DNA of 64,000 bases from Ramazzottius varieornatus. Its lineage: Eukaryota > Animalia > Tardigrada. The position numbers were made by a program, and so were the translations under genes. Below are positions 53,796 through 64,000 of the stretch, one piece after another. The notes under the pieces were generated by a model that made no database searches, was not told where the DNA came from, and was given only the letters and a program-made list of their open reading frames with translations. Where the stretch lies: NCBI GenBank assembly GCA_001949185.1, contig BDGG01000026.1, positions 31,761-95,760 of the forward strand, in the 5' to 3' direction. Every line of letters begins with the position of its first letter. Positions within the stretch are counted from its first letter, which is position 1.

Positions 53796-54716
53796 TGCGC
53801 CGCAACACCCTCAACGGCAACACCCTCGATAGAAACAAGGACCAGCACTTTTTGCTGACTCGCAGGAAGGACGACAAGGGTGACGACATTGCCGAACTGG
53901 TCGTCTACAAGCCGCTGGACTACGAGACTACGCCCAAGTACAACTTGACCATCCAGGCCAAGAATGATCTGGAGCCACAGCTGGATGAAACCATCAATGT
54001 CGTCGTCGAAGTCATCGATCAAAATGACGAAGTGCCGCTCTTTGAACGAAGCCCGGTGTTGAGTATCCTGGAAGACGAACCGGCCAGAACCATCGTCGGA
54101 CAAGTCAAAGCCAAGGACAGCGATATCGACGCTAGATTCCGGTTGGTACCTCCAGACTGTAGCTCACGATCTGAAGAAATACGTTGGAATAAACAATATA
54201 ATGAAAAGAAATAGTTTGAGTAACGGTAAACAAACTCAACAAGATCGTTTTATCAAGTGGTGCACGCTACTAGGTAGTAACACTGGAGACGTGCGCCGCT
54301 TGAAGTAATCGATCTTGTACGTTTCGTTTGCCGACCTTTCAGTTGCAAGAAATAAAGCCTCAATATTTTAACAGGACCATCACGTACGCCATCGATCCGG
54401 AGAACGGCAACGGCGACTGGAAACATTTTGACATTGACCCGAAGGACAGGACGATCCGTTCAAAAAGCAGCTTTGATCGCGAGCACAAGTCCAAGTACAC
54501 GCTGGACGTTGAGAGACTACAATTTGGTCTTGGTGGTCTCTGATGGCGCTCACCAGAACGAGACGCATCTTCACATCGTCGTCCAGGATGTCAACGATAT
54601 CGCCCCACAGTTCACCAGCAAGGTACCTTGGTCAATTCTTTCCATGAAGAACCATACTTTGAAAACCTTGGTGGCTCTTCTTAGGTTTACACGGCGTCGT
54701 TGATGGAAGAAGGCAC
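53796..54716 (+). pseudogene. Classical (N-cadherin-like) cadherin gene fragment 1, introns retained
   Basis: LDYE, VIDQNDEVPLF, VKAKDSD, FDRE, VQDVNDIAPQF; no start or signal peptide; internal frameshift/deletion near 54510. Confidence 0.8.
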
Positions 54717-54754
54717 TAAATATTTATATGATTAGGTGGTCGTATGAAACTGTA

Positions 54755-55352
54755 GGAAAGTGCTCCGCACACCACCTCTCACCACCGTAGTCTCCTAATA
54801 CCACCTTTTCACCACCGTTTGTCTGGACGTACGACCTTTCGTTCACCACCGTTAATTAATTAGAATCTAATTAGAATTCTAATTAATTAGAATTTAGAAT
54901 CTCTGCGCACCAATCTTGTCCGGAGACAGCTTGTTCCGCAAGCAAAGAACTGCGGAACTGGTTCTTAGACTGTTTCAATAGTAAAATGATCGAGAAACTG
55001 TCAGGCCGTCGGGTGAGACCCGGCACCAGAGTGGGATATCGAAGCCCGGTCACTATAACCAATGAGTTAGCCGTGTTCTGGCAAGGTCAAAGAACAGGAA
55101 GGACTCACGATCCTGAAGATCCTGCTGTTGATAAAGACTTCTTGCCACCTGTGATTACAATGGGAGCGTGGTCTAACTTTCTTCTCTAAGACTAAGTAAT
55201 GAAAACCAATCTGGCAAAAAGTGGTGCTCGAAGTCCTTGGTGGTGGCCTTAATTAGAAAGTGGTGTACGAAGTAAACGGTGGTGATTATCTGGAATTGGC
55301 AGGCGGCATTAGGAGACTACGGTGGTGAAAGGTGGTGTGCGGAGCCTTCCCC
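54755..55352. mobile_element. MULE-like MITE
   Basis: TIRs gctccgcacaccacctctcaccaccgtagtctcctaat / attaggagactacggtggtgaaaggtggtgtgcggagc; ~9-bp TSD (g/a)aaactgta. Confidence 0.8.
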
Positions 55353-55446
55353 AAAACTGTAGTCTCTAAAATAGTATCTTGAACATCCTTTCAGAAGAAA
55401 TGAAATCCATCGAAAGCATGGTACAGTCTGCTGCAATGGTCAGAAT

Positions 55447-55771
55447 CCAGAGAGATCGGGTCACGTCCAATTTGTTGAGCTGTCAACTTTAACTCGAAAC
55501 CCAAGCCAGCTAATCGCAAAATGTTGATAACTGATGTGCTTCTGGTGTTCGGAGGTGATAAAATGGTCTGCCAACTCTTCGGTCACACAGAGTAGGACCG
55601 GAAACTGCGCGTCTAATGAATACACTGTGACATTATAGCAGGCGCTGTTTTTGAAAACTGGAAATATTTTTGCTCATCAAAACCAAGACAAACGTGCTGG
55701 AATATTAGGTTGGTTGGGTCTGGAGGCAGAGTTGACAGCTCAACAAATTGGACCTGACCGCATCTCTCTGG
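55447..55771. mobile_element. MITE-like inverted-repeat element
   Basis: ccagagagatcgggtcacgtccaatttgttgagctgtcaact / agttgacagctcaacaaattggacctgaccgcatctctctgg. Confidence 0.7.
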
Positions 55772-56903
55772 CTTCTTACCGTACCAGGCTTTCCGAATTT
55801 TCTCTGATTTCTGAGAGATGAGCGTGGCTGGACTTCCGGCTTATGAAAACATAGTCAGGGGTCTGTCTATCACGAGAAAAAGTAAACCAGTGAGATTGGA
55901 AATGCGCAACCTTCTCCGTCAATTGTTAGTGACTGATGAGAAGCATATTTTGTGGACTGCTGTCGATCGGGGACAAGAAATGATGATCCCGACCAAGAAT
56001 GGCTTTGCTCTAACTATGCAGACAGGCTAACTATGAGACAGCAGTAAAGATGCAAGTCATGGTGCATAGACTGTCAGACAGATAAATTTATTTTCAGCCT
56101 CGACAATCCAGTCAACGGCCTCCTCGATCTTCGGAGGGTGAAAGGAAGAATAAGATTTGCTTACATGCCAGCTTTGATCGTGCAAGGTTCAGCTTAATTT
56201 CCAACCAGAATATTCAGCTCACAAAAGCAGCTTAATTATATATTTGGACGGTGAGTTTGTAGTACAGCGAGATACTAATATCGTCCGTTATTCAAAAGGA
56301 ATGATTATTGGTCAAGAAGGCTTGGGAGCTGGGAGAGTCTTCTCATATTCCTCCGAGGCATCATACACTTTATCCATGTCCTGGTGGAACTGGCGTCGTT
56401 TCCTTCCATCGCGGTGAGAGCGTCGAGCTGGGTCAGGTTCCTGGTTCATAGAGAGAAGAGCGATCTCCCCTATATTATACTGTAGACTGGCTGTAGTCTA
56501 CCGCTCATGGAGGACCACTTTGGCAAGAGCATACTGTAGTACGACCGAAGCAGCGACATTAGACGCGCCTCATGTCGCTGCTTCGGCCGTACTATGGCAA
56601 GAGTCAAACAAAGGCCTGGAACAGCTGCTTCCTTCTGCTATCTGCAGGAGGCATTTCGAAGGATAATTTGCAATTATGCATGACTTGCCTGAGACAGAGA
56701 GAGGCCAACTTCGCCAGTACCCTTGTCATTACTTCGCTTCATCGAGCTGGTTCAGTACGAGAAGCGTAACAATATTATTCATACACGATACCTCGCCTAA
56801 GCAGGGATTGCTTATTTCTAGCGCCTACTTCGCTTATGCATTTTACACAGTCTTTTGACACCAGAAGAGCTTCAATCGTTTTTTGAGTCCATTTATCTGC
56901 ATT

Positions 56904-58520
56904 ATGGAAACGCCATTAGCGCAGAATTCATTACCTGACAACCATCTAGGAAGGCACCCTGCCCGTTTATTCTCGTTATCGGACCTACCGGAGGAAATAA
57001 TGTATGAGATATTTTTTGAAGTGGAATCCACACACCAGCGTCGACTGTCCCGGTACGCACTTGCTGTGTAAAATCGTCATATTACCTTTTTAAAATATTT
57101 GCGGTTTGACCGATTGATGCAAAAATTCACAGGGTATCGAAAAACTGGCAGAAGGCGTTGTCCAGCACCAGACTGCAAAAAGTTGTTCGGCTGGACATCT
57201 TGGCCTCACCAGCCGGTGTACATGCAGAGTTCGAGTTCACATCCTTTCCCGACGTTCGGGAGCAAATGAGGGAGGCCGGCGAGCCTTCAGTATTCTATTA
57301 TCATGCTATATACGAACTAAATCGCCTATACAAACTGCTGACCGTCCGAACTACCGTTCTGCAGCTCAACTGGAAAGAGTGGCCGCATATAAAAGACTGC
57401 AACATACTGGATGCGGCGCTGGCATGGTCGTTTCATACTGGTGTGGCTGGAATAATTAAAACGAAGACGTTCCCTCCGCCGGCTGGTGTAGGTGTTAACG
57501 TTAGACATATTCTGATTCATAACGCATGGGCTCTGGATGGAGTTCACAACCTACGTATAGCTACGAAAACTCGCGAAAGCGCAAACGTGCCTTGGACAGA
57601 TTACACGTAAGTTAGGTGCTGGATGATCGTAGACATAACCACAAACAAAAGTCAGGCCGGGAAAAACTAGACAAGTTCGTTCTGTCATGTGGCGCACATT
57701 TCTAAATAATACTAAAGACATGCGTCACTTGCAAAAATAACGCAGACGCATACGGGTTTTGGCAGCCCAATTTCCGGAACATTATTTTTGGTACCAAATG
57801 ACTCGTTTTTGACATGAAGTCTGAGAGAATATTCAGGGGCGTCGGATGGTAGCTCTGCCGTACCTCGCCGTGGCTCCAAGTCTGTTTTTTGCAACTGCTT
57901 TCGCCCAGCANNNNNNNNNNNNNNNNNNNNNNNNNNNNNNNNNNNNNNNNNNNNNNNNNNTATTAGTCAATGATCCGGAAATTGGGCTGCCAAAACCCAT
58001 ATGGTGTTCCAAGTGGGGCAAGCTTAGAAGAGGTGCGCCACTTGGAAAAACGATACTGTACCTTACGTTTACCGGCCTGTCGAATCTTCCAAGTGTCACT
58101 CGTACTGTTTACAAAAATAATTAGCTGAGACCGGTCAATCTGCCTGGCTGTGAGTTTACGAACCGCTACCGCAGCTAATGTTTCTTTGTTTTACGTAGAA
58201 GACCTATACGGACCTTAGTTCTCCGCCAGTGTCGCTTCGCTGTGGCTGGCCGCGTTGTAAGCTTTTTTGCTCAGCCAGGTAAGTATCAAGACTGTCAGTT
58301 TCGGCTTGTGCCAGCAGAGTGTTCCTCCTGGGTACGTATCCCTTTGCTCATCTTGGACTTCACCACGACGGAGGAAGAAACAAATGAACGGACACTCGTG
58401 TCAGCTGTCGATTTGCACTATGAAAGACCTCCTGATACCGTTCTGGAGACGCTGGCTGCTAAAGTCGAAGCGCTCTCGGAAGCAGCAAAAGAGAGATGGA
58501 GAATGGAGTTGATACGGTAA
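56904..58520 (+). CDS. F-box-like protein; exons 56904-57052, 57133-57606, 58199-58520
   Basis: LSDLPEEIMYEIFFEV...RLSR|VSKNWQ F-box signature; spliced frame is open through to the stop at 58520. Confidence 0.75.
57753..57999. mobile_element. Tc1/mariner-type element with an internal N-gap, nested inside a palindromic element in F-box intron 2
   Basis: TIR gggttttggcagcccaatttccgga at both ends; TA flanks. Confidence 0.8.
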
Positions 58521-59609
58521 ACAACGCGACCACTATTGATAAAGGTCACTAGTAGAATTATCTTTCATTTCAGAAACGAGCCATTGTACGCTAACCATAA
58601 CCACCAGCAAGTCGATCTGAGTTCAGTCCGATGGAACGAGCTGCGGTCCTCGAGCTTACTGTTCTTTCTGAGTTTCCAAAAGTTAACGGCCGAGTGACAG
58701 CATAAGCTCATTTTAATCTACTGTGGTGACAGTGTGGGTTCCTCACGGTTCATCATTCCGTTAACACCTCGTCTAGTTTTTTCAAGTTCTGTAAGTGTAA
58801 TCTGCTACAAAAGTGGAAACCGAACAAAACAGCCTCCCAATTTTGTCAGCAAAAGCCGGGTCAGTGTAAACTGTAAAGTCAGAAGCGAATAGCACCAGTT
58901 TGTATCTTGTTGAACACATATATGGGTAGTGGTTGGTAGGTGGAGGTTGGGGCGTCCCAGTAATACAAGTGGTCTTCGCCCACTCTGTCCAGGTCGTAGC
59001 CAGCCTCGCGTAGCCATACCTTCATAATCTTGAACGCGCCTGCCGTAAACACACCAGAGTTAAAACGTAGCCAAGAGAGTTTTTGTAAAGCAGGAGCTCA
59101 ATGTCGGAGGAGAAGAAAGTATTTGAACGAGGAGCTGACGTACCGGCTACTTCTAGTCTCCACCCAAGAAGCGTAGGAAGAGGGGACGGGCAAAAGCCGC
59201 CAAGCCCTGCTTGATTTCATCCGACAGCTTCCTTATGTCGACGCTGGAATCGGAGCAAGCTACACGGGCCATATCAGCCTTCCCTTCGCAACCTGCAAAA
59301 AGTCCCCAGCGACCATCAACGGTCCCAAAGGTTGGACAGATCAAATTCGAGAATTCGGGAGTGCGACAGACAAAATCGCAAGCTTGTTTTTTCCAAGTGG
59401 CGCACGACTTTAGTGGTAGTGGTCGACACTGTGCGCCACTTGATCTGACGATCCGACCGAATATGTTTCCCCAAGCGGCGCACATCGAAAACCGACGTAC
59501 GGGAAAGTCATCGGGACCATTGTTGTCACGGCTGAGTTTATTCAACGGCACATCGTTCCGGCGCTGTCCACCACTCCTAAGGCTCTCAAGGTCACCAAAC
59601 AAGTCAGCA

Positions 59610-60596
59610 GTCAGGAACAATAGATGCACAGAATAGTTACCAGTGCTTTTCCAGGTTCATGCCATCGATCAAGACTCGGGGATGAACGGGAAAGTCACCT
59701 ACGAAATCGAGAAGGACTTTAAGCAAGCGCAGCGCTTCGATATTGATGCCGAGTCGGGTGTCATCACGACCAGAGGGCGCTTCGATCGTGAAAGCAGTCG
59801 CTACGTCTCGGTTACCGTCATCGCCAAGGACAGCGGCATCAGGCCGCTGATCGGCATATGCTCGTTCCAGGTGGAGCTGCTGGACGAGAACGACAATCCA
59901 CCAGTCTTTGAGCGAACTCAGTACGACGCAGCCTGTCAAGAAGTGCCGTGGATTCTAATAACATGACTGTTTTGGTCGTAGATACGAAACGACGGTCAGA
60001 CAGGACAGGAAGAAAGGTCCGGTCATTGCAGTCATCGCCACGGACGCCGACGCGGGAAGAAACGCCGAGATTGAGTACTCGCTGGACCCCAGTGAAATCA
60101 TGTCGCAGAAGCTCTTTGGCATTGACAAAGACACCGGCTGGATTTACCTCAAAGAATCCTTGCCGGCTTCGCCTCGACAGTAGGACATGGTGGCTATTGC
60201 CAGTGATAAAGGTACTCAGCTGAATAACATACTTTGAAAAAGTCCGATCATCTTAAAGCATACAAAACATGTAGAAAAAACACTCGTCAGGAAAACTAGT
60301 AGAGGCGTTTCTCCCAAGTGGCGCACACTCCATACTAATAACACTGCGACGGTGCGCCATTTAGAAACACAAACAAACCCGACAAGATCGTTGCTAAGTG
60401 GCGCATACTTCTAGTGATTAACACCGGGAACGTGCGCCACTTCGGAAAACAATCTCGTCAAGTTTGTTTGCCGAGGTCCTACATATTGGCATACAGTTTG
60501 GGAAATGTTAGAAACATTCAGTAATCGTTTGGGATGTGTAGGTGAGCGTTCGTTGAGTGGAAGAGTGCCGGTGACGATTCGCATCACGGACGTGTC
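59610..60596 (+). pseudogene. Cadherin gene fragment 2, antisense inside SNX13-like copy B
   Basis: VHAIDQDSGMNG, FDRE, LLDENDNPPVF, ATDADAGRNAEIEYSL, SLSGRVPVTIRITDV; introns retained. Confidence 0.8.
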
Positions 60597-62976
60597 CAGT
60601 CGTCCGCTGTCACGGCTGAGTTTATTCCACGGGACATCATTGCGTCGCTGTCCACCACTCCTAAGGCTCTCAAGGTCACCAAACAAGTCAGCATCGCCTT
60701 CCCCGGCATCCAGGGTCGGTAGGACGGGAACGGAACAGGAGGGTAGATCCTTGTCGTCCAGTGGCTGACTGAAGGAGTCCGACTCAGCAAGCAAGTCTGC
60801 GCTCATGCCCTCCATCACCAACTCACCTCCGGCTCTCCGTTGGTTCTTGACCTATTCAAATCGTACATTCCATACCAGAAACTGCAGACGAACTGTGGTG
60901 CCCTACTGCCCTAGACCGCGAACGCCAGAAGGCTCAGAAGTAACGAAGGACAGATTTTTTCCCGTATTTTACCCTGATGGGAATCACTGATGAGCAGCTG
61001 TACTTCGCCTTGCCGAAGAGTCGGACACATGTTCAAGCGGTTGATTGATTCACAGTGTTTGCTAACAGAATACCGTCCGTCCCGTCGGGTTCTGTACATG
61101 TGATCGAGCGAGCATTGATTCTTGATTTTGAACTAGTACAGGGACCTTGTTTACCAGAGACCAGGTTTCCTTTAACAGAGACCAGAGAACAGTACTGCAC
61201 ATGGTGCAACTTTATATGGGCGCAAGCTGAACGCACTCGGTAAATTTAGCGCGTAAAGACACGGTGCGGTGCACCAAATTAATTTTAAGCTGGTCACGCG
61301 CCATAGAGTTACGCAATACCCGCAAGAGGTTAATGCTCCAGGATATTTTATCTTCTTTTGTTGTGGTTTCGAAGAACTTTCACTTCCTCCTTCTTCTCAT
61401 TGTGGAACACTGAATAGCGCCCTTCCTGACAAGCCCTTAAAGACAGATCTCCAGGTAAGATGAATTATCGGTCACTCGTACATTGTGAACTTTGGCCTGA
61501 ACTTTGGATTATCCACAGGTACTGCAGTGTGACCGGCGATTCGCTTTCGCCATCTCCCTTCTCTTCCCTTTTCACTTCCAACCCGACAGAAACGCAGGAA
61601 CAAGCTCTTCCTTCATCGTTTGCTTCGCTCTGAAGAGCAGTAAACCAGGTAACCGTTGAAATTCATATTATTAAATATTACGTATCATTGAGGAAATTAT
61701 ATTCTGGGTGGCGCACGAGGTCGCGTGACATACGCTCGATGAGCCGGAGTCACGTAATTGAGTGCGTCGGTACGATGAAAATATATGTGTGCGGTACACA
61801 GTGACCTCGTAATGTTGTCCCTAACCGGATTACGTCACTGGTACCATTTTCGGCCACTTCCCAAAACATGCCCGATTTTTTATGGTCACGTGACTAGACC
61901 ACGTGAAGCACTTAGTGCTATTCTCAAGGCATAGCGCCACGAGACATCTTGACCATCTCAAATCAAACTTTGGTACGAGCTATACGACGTAATTCTGCCA
62001 GTACGAGGTAGAGGACATGATTCAGGCATATTTATTCGGAGCTCCTGCAGCACCTGATCACGTGTTTCTTGTTTCCTGAGGTTGATCAATCTCTCTCCTC
62101 GAGGTCCGAATAGGTTTGGGGACGACTAAATGTTGTAGGTCAGAAAACCCTGTCGTGGGGGAGAGACGGGTCTGTCCAATGATAAAAAGCCAAAGTTGTA
62201 TCAACAGGTGTACGATGAGGAATCAATCAAGGGTTGATGGTGATACTTACACTTTGTACACCGGTCACGACATTTTTTCCTACCAACCCCTCAGGGCTTT
62301 TTCGCGAATTGGATGAAATATGCCACAGTATAAAAAAATGCGATCGAGTTGTTTTACCGAACGCAGCAACGAACACACGCCGTTGGAAGTAATTGAGAAT
62401 ATCCGTGGATGCCCGAAGAATGTCCAGAACATGCTATAGCCGTCTGTGTACGAAATCGCTAGCGCATTAATCAAACTCGACAAGATCGTTTCTCCGAAGT
62501 GGCGCACCCTGCCAGCCAATAGCAGTGACAACATGAGCCGCTTCGGAAAGCAATATTGCCGAGCTTGCTTGCCGAGCTCTTAATCAACAACCGAAACCAA
62601 CCAAAAAATATTTGTCCAGACTGAAAGAAAAATGAATCATTACAAACAACTTCTGACAAACTATCGTCGCAATTAAGTGACGAAAGTACTTCAAGAAGCT
62701 GTTCGGCGGACGCGCGGAAGCCCGCACACGTCAGGTAGAAATGGATGAACGGAGTGCCGTTCTTCGGCTCCATGTAGCTCATGAGGAAGCTCAAAGCCAG
62801 CGGGTCCTCTAAGACTTCATCCATGGTCAGCTTCCCCACCGGAACCATGCGTGCGTACTAGTTGTACGAGAAGCTCGAGCCCAGTGAATGTTGAGACCGG
62901 CTATCTTCCGACCCGCTTGCCAGAAACCTTATCCTCATATCCAGCAAACCTACAGTTAACCGCGAAGTCAAATCGA

Positions 62977-63250
62977 AGTTCGGTAAACAAACCCAACCGA
63001 ATCGCTTTCCAAGTGGCACACGCTTCCGGCCCACAACACTGGAAACATGCGTCACTTGACAACAAACTGGACAAGACCGGCTTTCCTAAGAGGCGCGCGC
63101 TTTCAGCTGACAACACACAAAATGTGCGTCTCTTGGGAGAACCGTCGAAACCATCCAGATCGGTTGCCTAAGTTGCGCACGTACTCGGTGTTATTGACTG
63201 GTGAAGTGCACCACTCAAGAAAACAGTCTGGTCGAGTTTTTTCTCGAGCT
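62977..63250. repeat. Modular palindromic element, 3 units, in an SNX13-like intron
   Basis: Dyads at ~63010, 63088 and 63169 (period ~79 bp) with inverted ends. Confidence 0.85.
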
Positions 63251-63267
63251 GTCAAGTACCGAGAACA

Positions 63268-64000
63268 GCGAAAGAAAATTAGCTTCAAAGGTATTGCCTC
63301 TCAATAATACCAGACTGTTCAACCTGGCTTTGATATCTTCGCCAGCGTTCGACGAGATCGCCGTGTCTTTAGCTCTCTGGATGGCGATCTCCGTCATGAG
63401 CATCTGGTCGATAACGCGCAGTTTGTTCAGGTTGGAGCTGGACCGCAGAGCGTGGATAAAGCTCTCGTTATCGATGGCGATGTTCTCCGGAGTACAGAGA
63501 AGCCAGATGATCGTTTGGCTAATGTAGTCGGGATCACAGATGAGCTTGACGAGAGGCTGAAAGACCTGGGTCGTAAGAATTTCCTTGGCCAGCTCGCGGT
63601 ATGGAAGGCACCCGAAGACGCGCTGGCTGCCGTGCACGTAGAGAAGCTGGTGGCTCAACTGGAAGAAGTGCTCCTTCTCCTTCGTGTAATCTGAAACAAA
63701 CAAATCATCTTCACTCAACTCATCTCGACAGAGCGTGGAATGAAAAGACAGCGCCAAATAAAGTGAAACGCTACTGCGCAGTCAAAAATGACCTCGATCA
63801 ACCGCTTCTAATCTTGATGGACGCTTGACATCACGTTTGAGATGAAATGGACCGTTGGCTCAATTGAAACTTTCGATCACCAGCTATGACGTCATACTTA
63901 ACGATATGGTATAGGACGTGACAGCGCATGACTTGACATCCACTAGCCAGTGCCTTACATCAACATAACATTACCTATGCAAACAGCTGCTCGCGAATAC
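63268..64000 (+). repeat. Near-identical duplicate of 50015-50745 (offset ~13.26 kb)
   Basis: Identical ORFs are listed at both loci; differences seen only next to the N-gap at 50005-50014. Confidence 0.95.

Larger units (their letters stand above)
58990..64000 (-). pseudogene. SNX13-like gene (copy B): PXA and RGS exons, degraded, runs off the window end
   Basis: PXA exon 63757-63300; RGS exon EVLEDPLALSFLMSYM..FYLTCAGFRASAEQLLEVL (62848-62645). Probable downstream exons at ~60826-60600, 59609-59500 and 59290-59015, with stop codons. Confidence 0.7.

Overview
Eukaryotic (metazoan) genomic DNA with compact genes and short spliceosomal introns. Composition and gene style suggest a small invertebrate genome, possibly a tardigrade, but this is inference only. 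The window has three zones. (1) Housekeeping gene blocks: GOLPH3 and Hyccin/FAM126 at 1-6 kb; a TLC-domain gene, DPH5, SRP68, GCLC and a double HMG-box gene at 31-44 kb. (2) A TE-rich, gene-poor zone at 6-30 kb. It holds a pogo-type DNA transposon hit independently by a two-gene PIF/Harbinger element and by a CRE-like non-LTR retrotransposon, plus a second CRE-like element, several MITEs and one divergent GPCR gene. (3) A rearranged zone at 44-64 kb with a TTAA-element-disrupted zinc-finger gene, a Tc5-like transposase relic, duplicated and degraded SNX13 copies, intron-retaining cadherin fragments and an apparently intact F-box gene. The most striking unexplained pattern is a modular palindromic element present in about 19 copies. 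It has TIR-like ends AGCTCGGCAAACAAACTCGACAAGATC and 1-3 internal ~78-bp units, each carrying the dyad CAAGTGGCGCAC-N~25-GTGCGCCACTTG. It sits almost exclusively inside introns and is nearly absent from the TE-rich intergenic zone. All coordinates were read by eye and may be off by a few bases.
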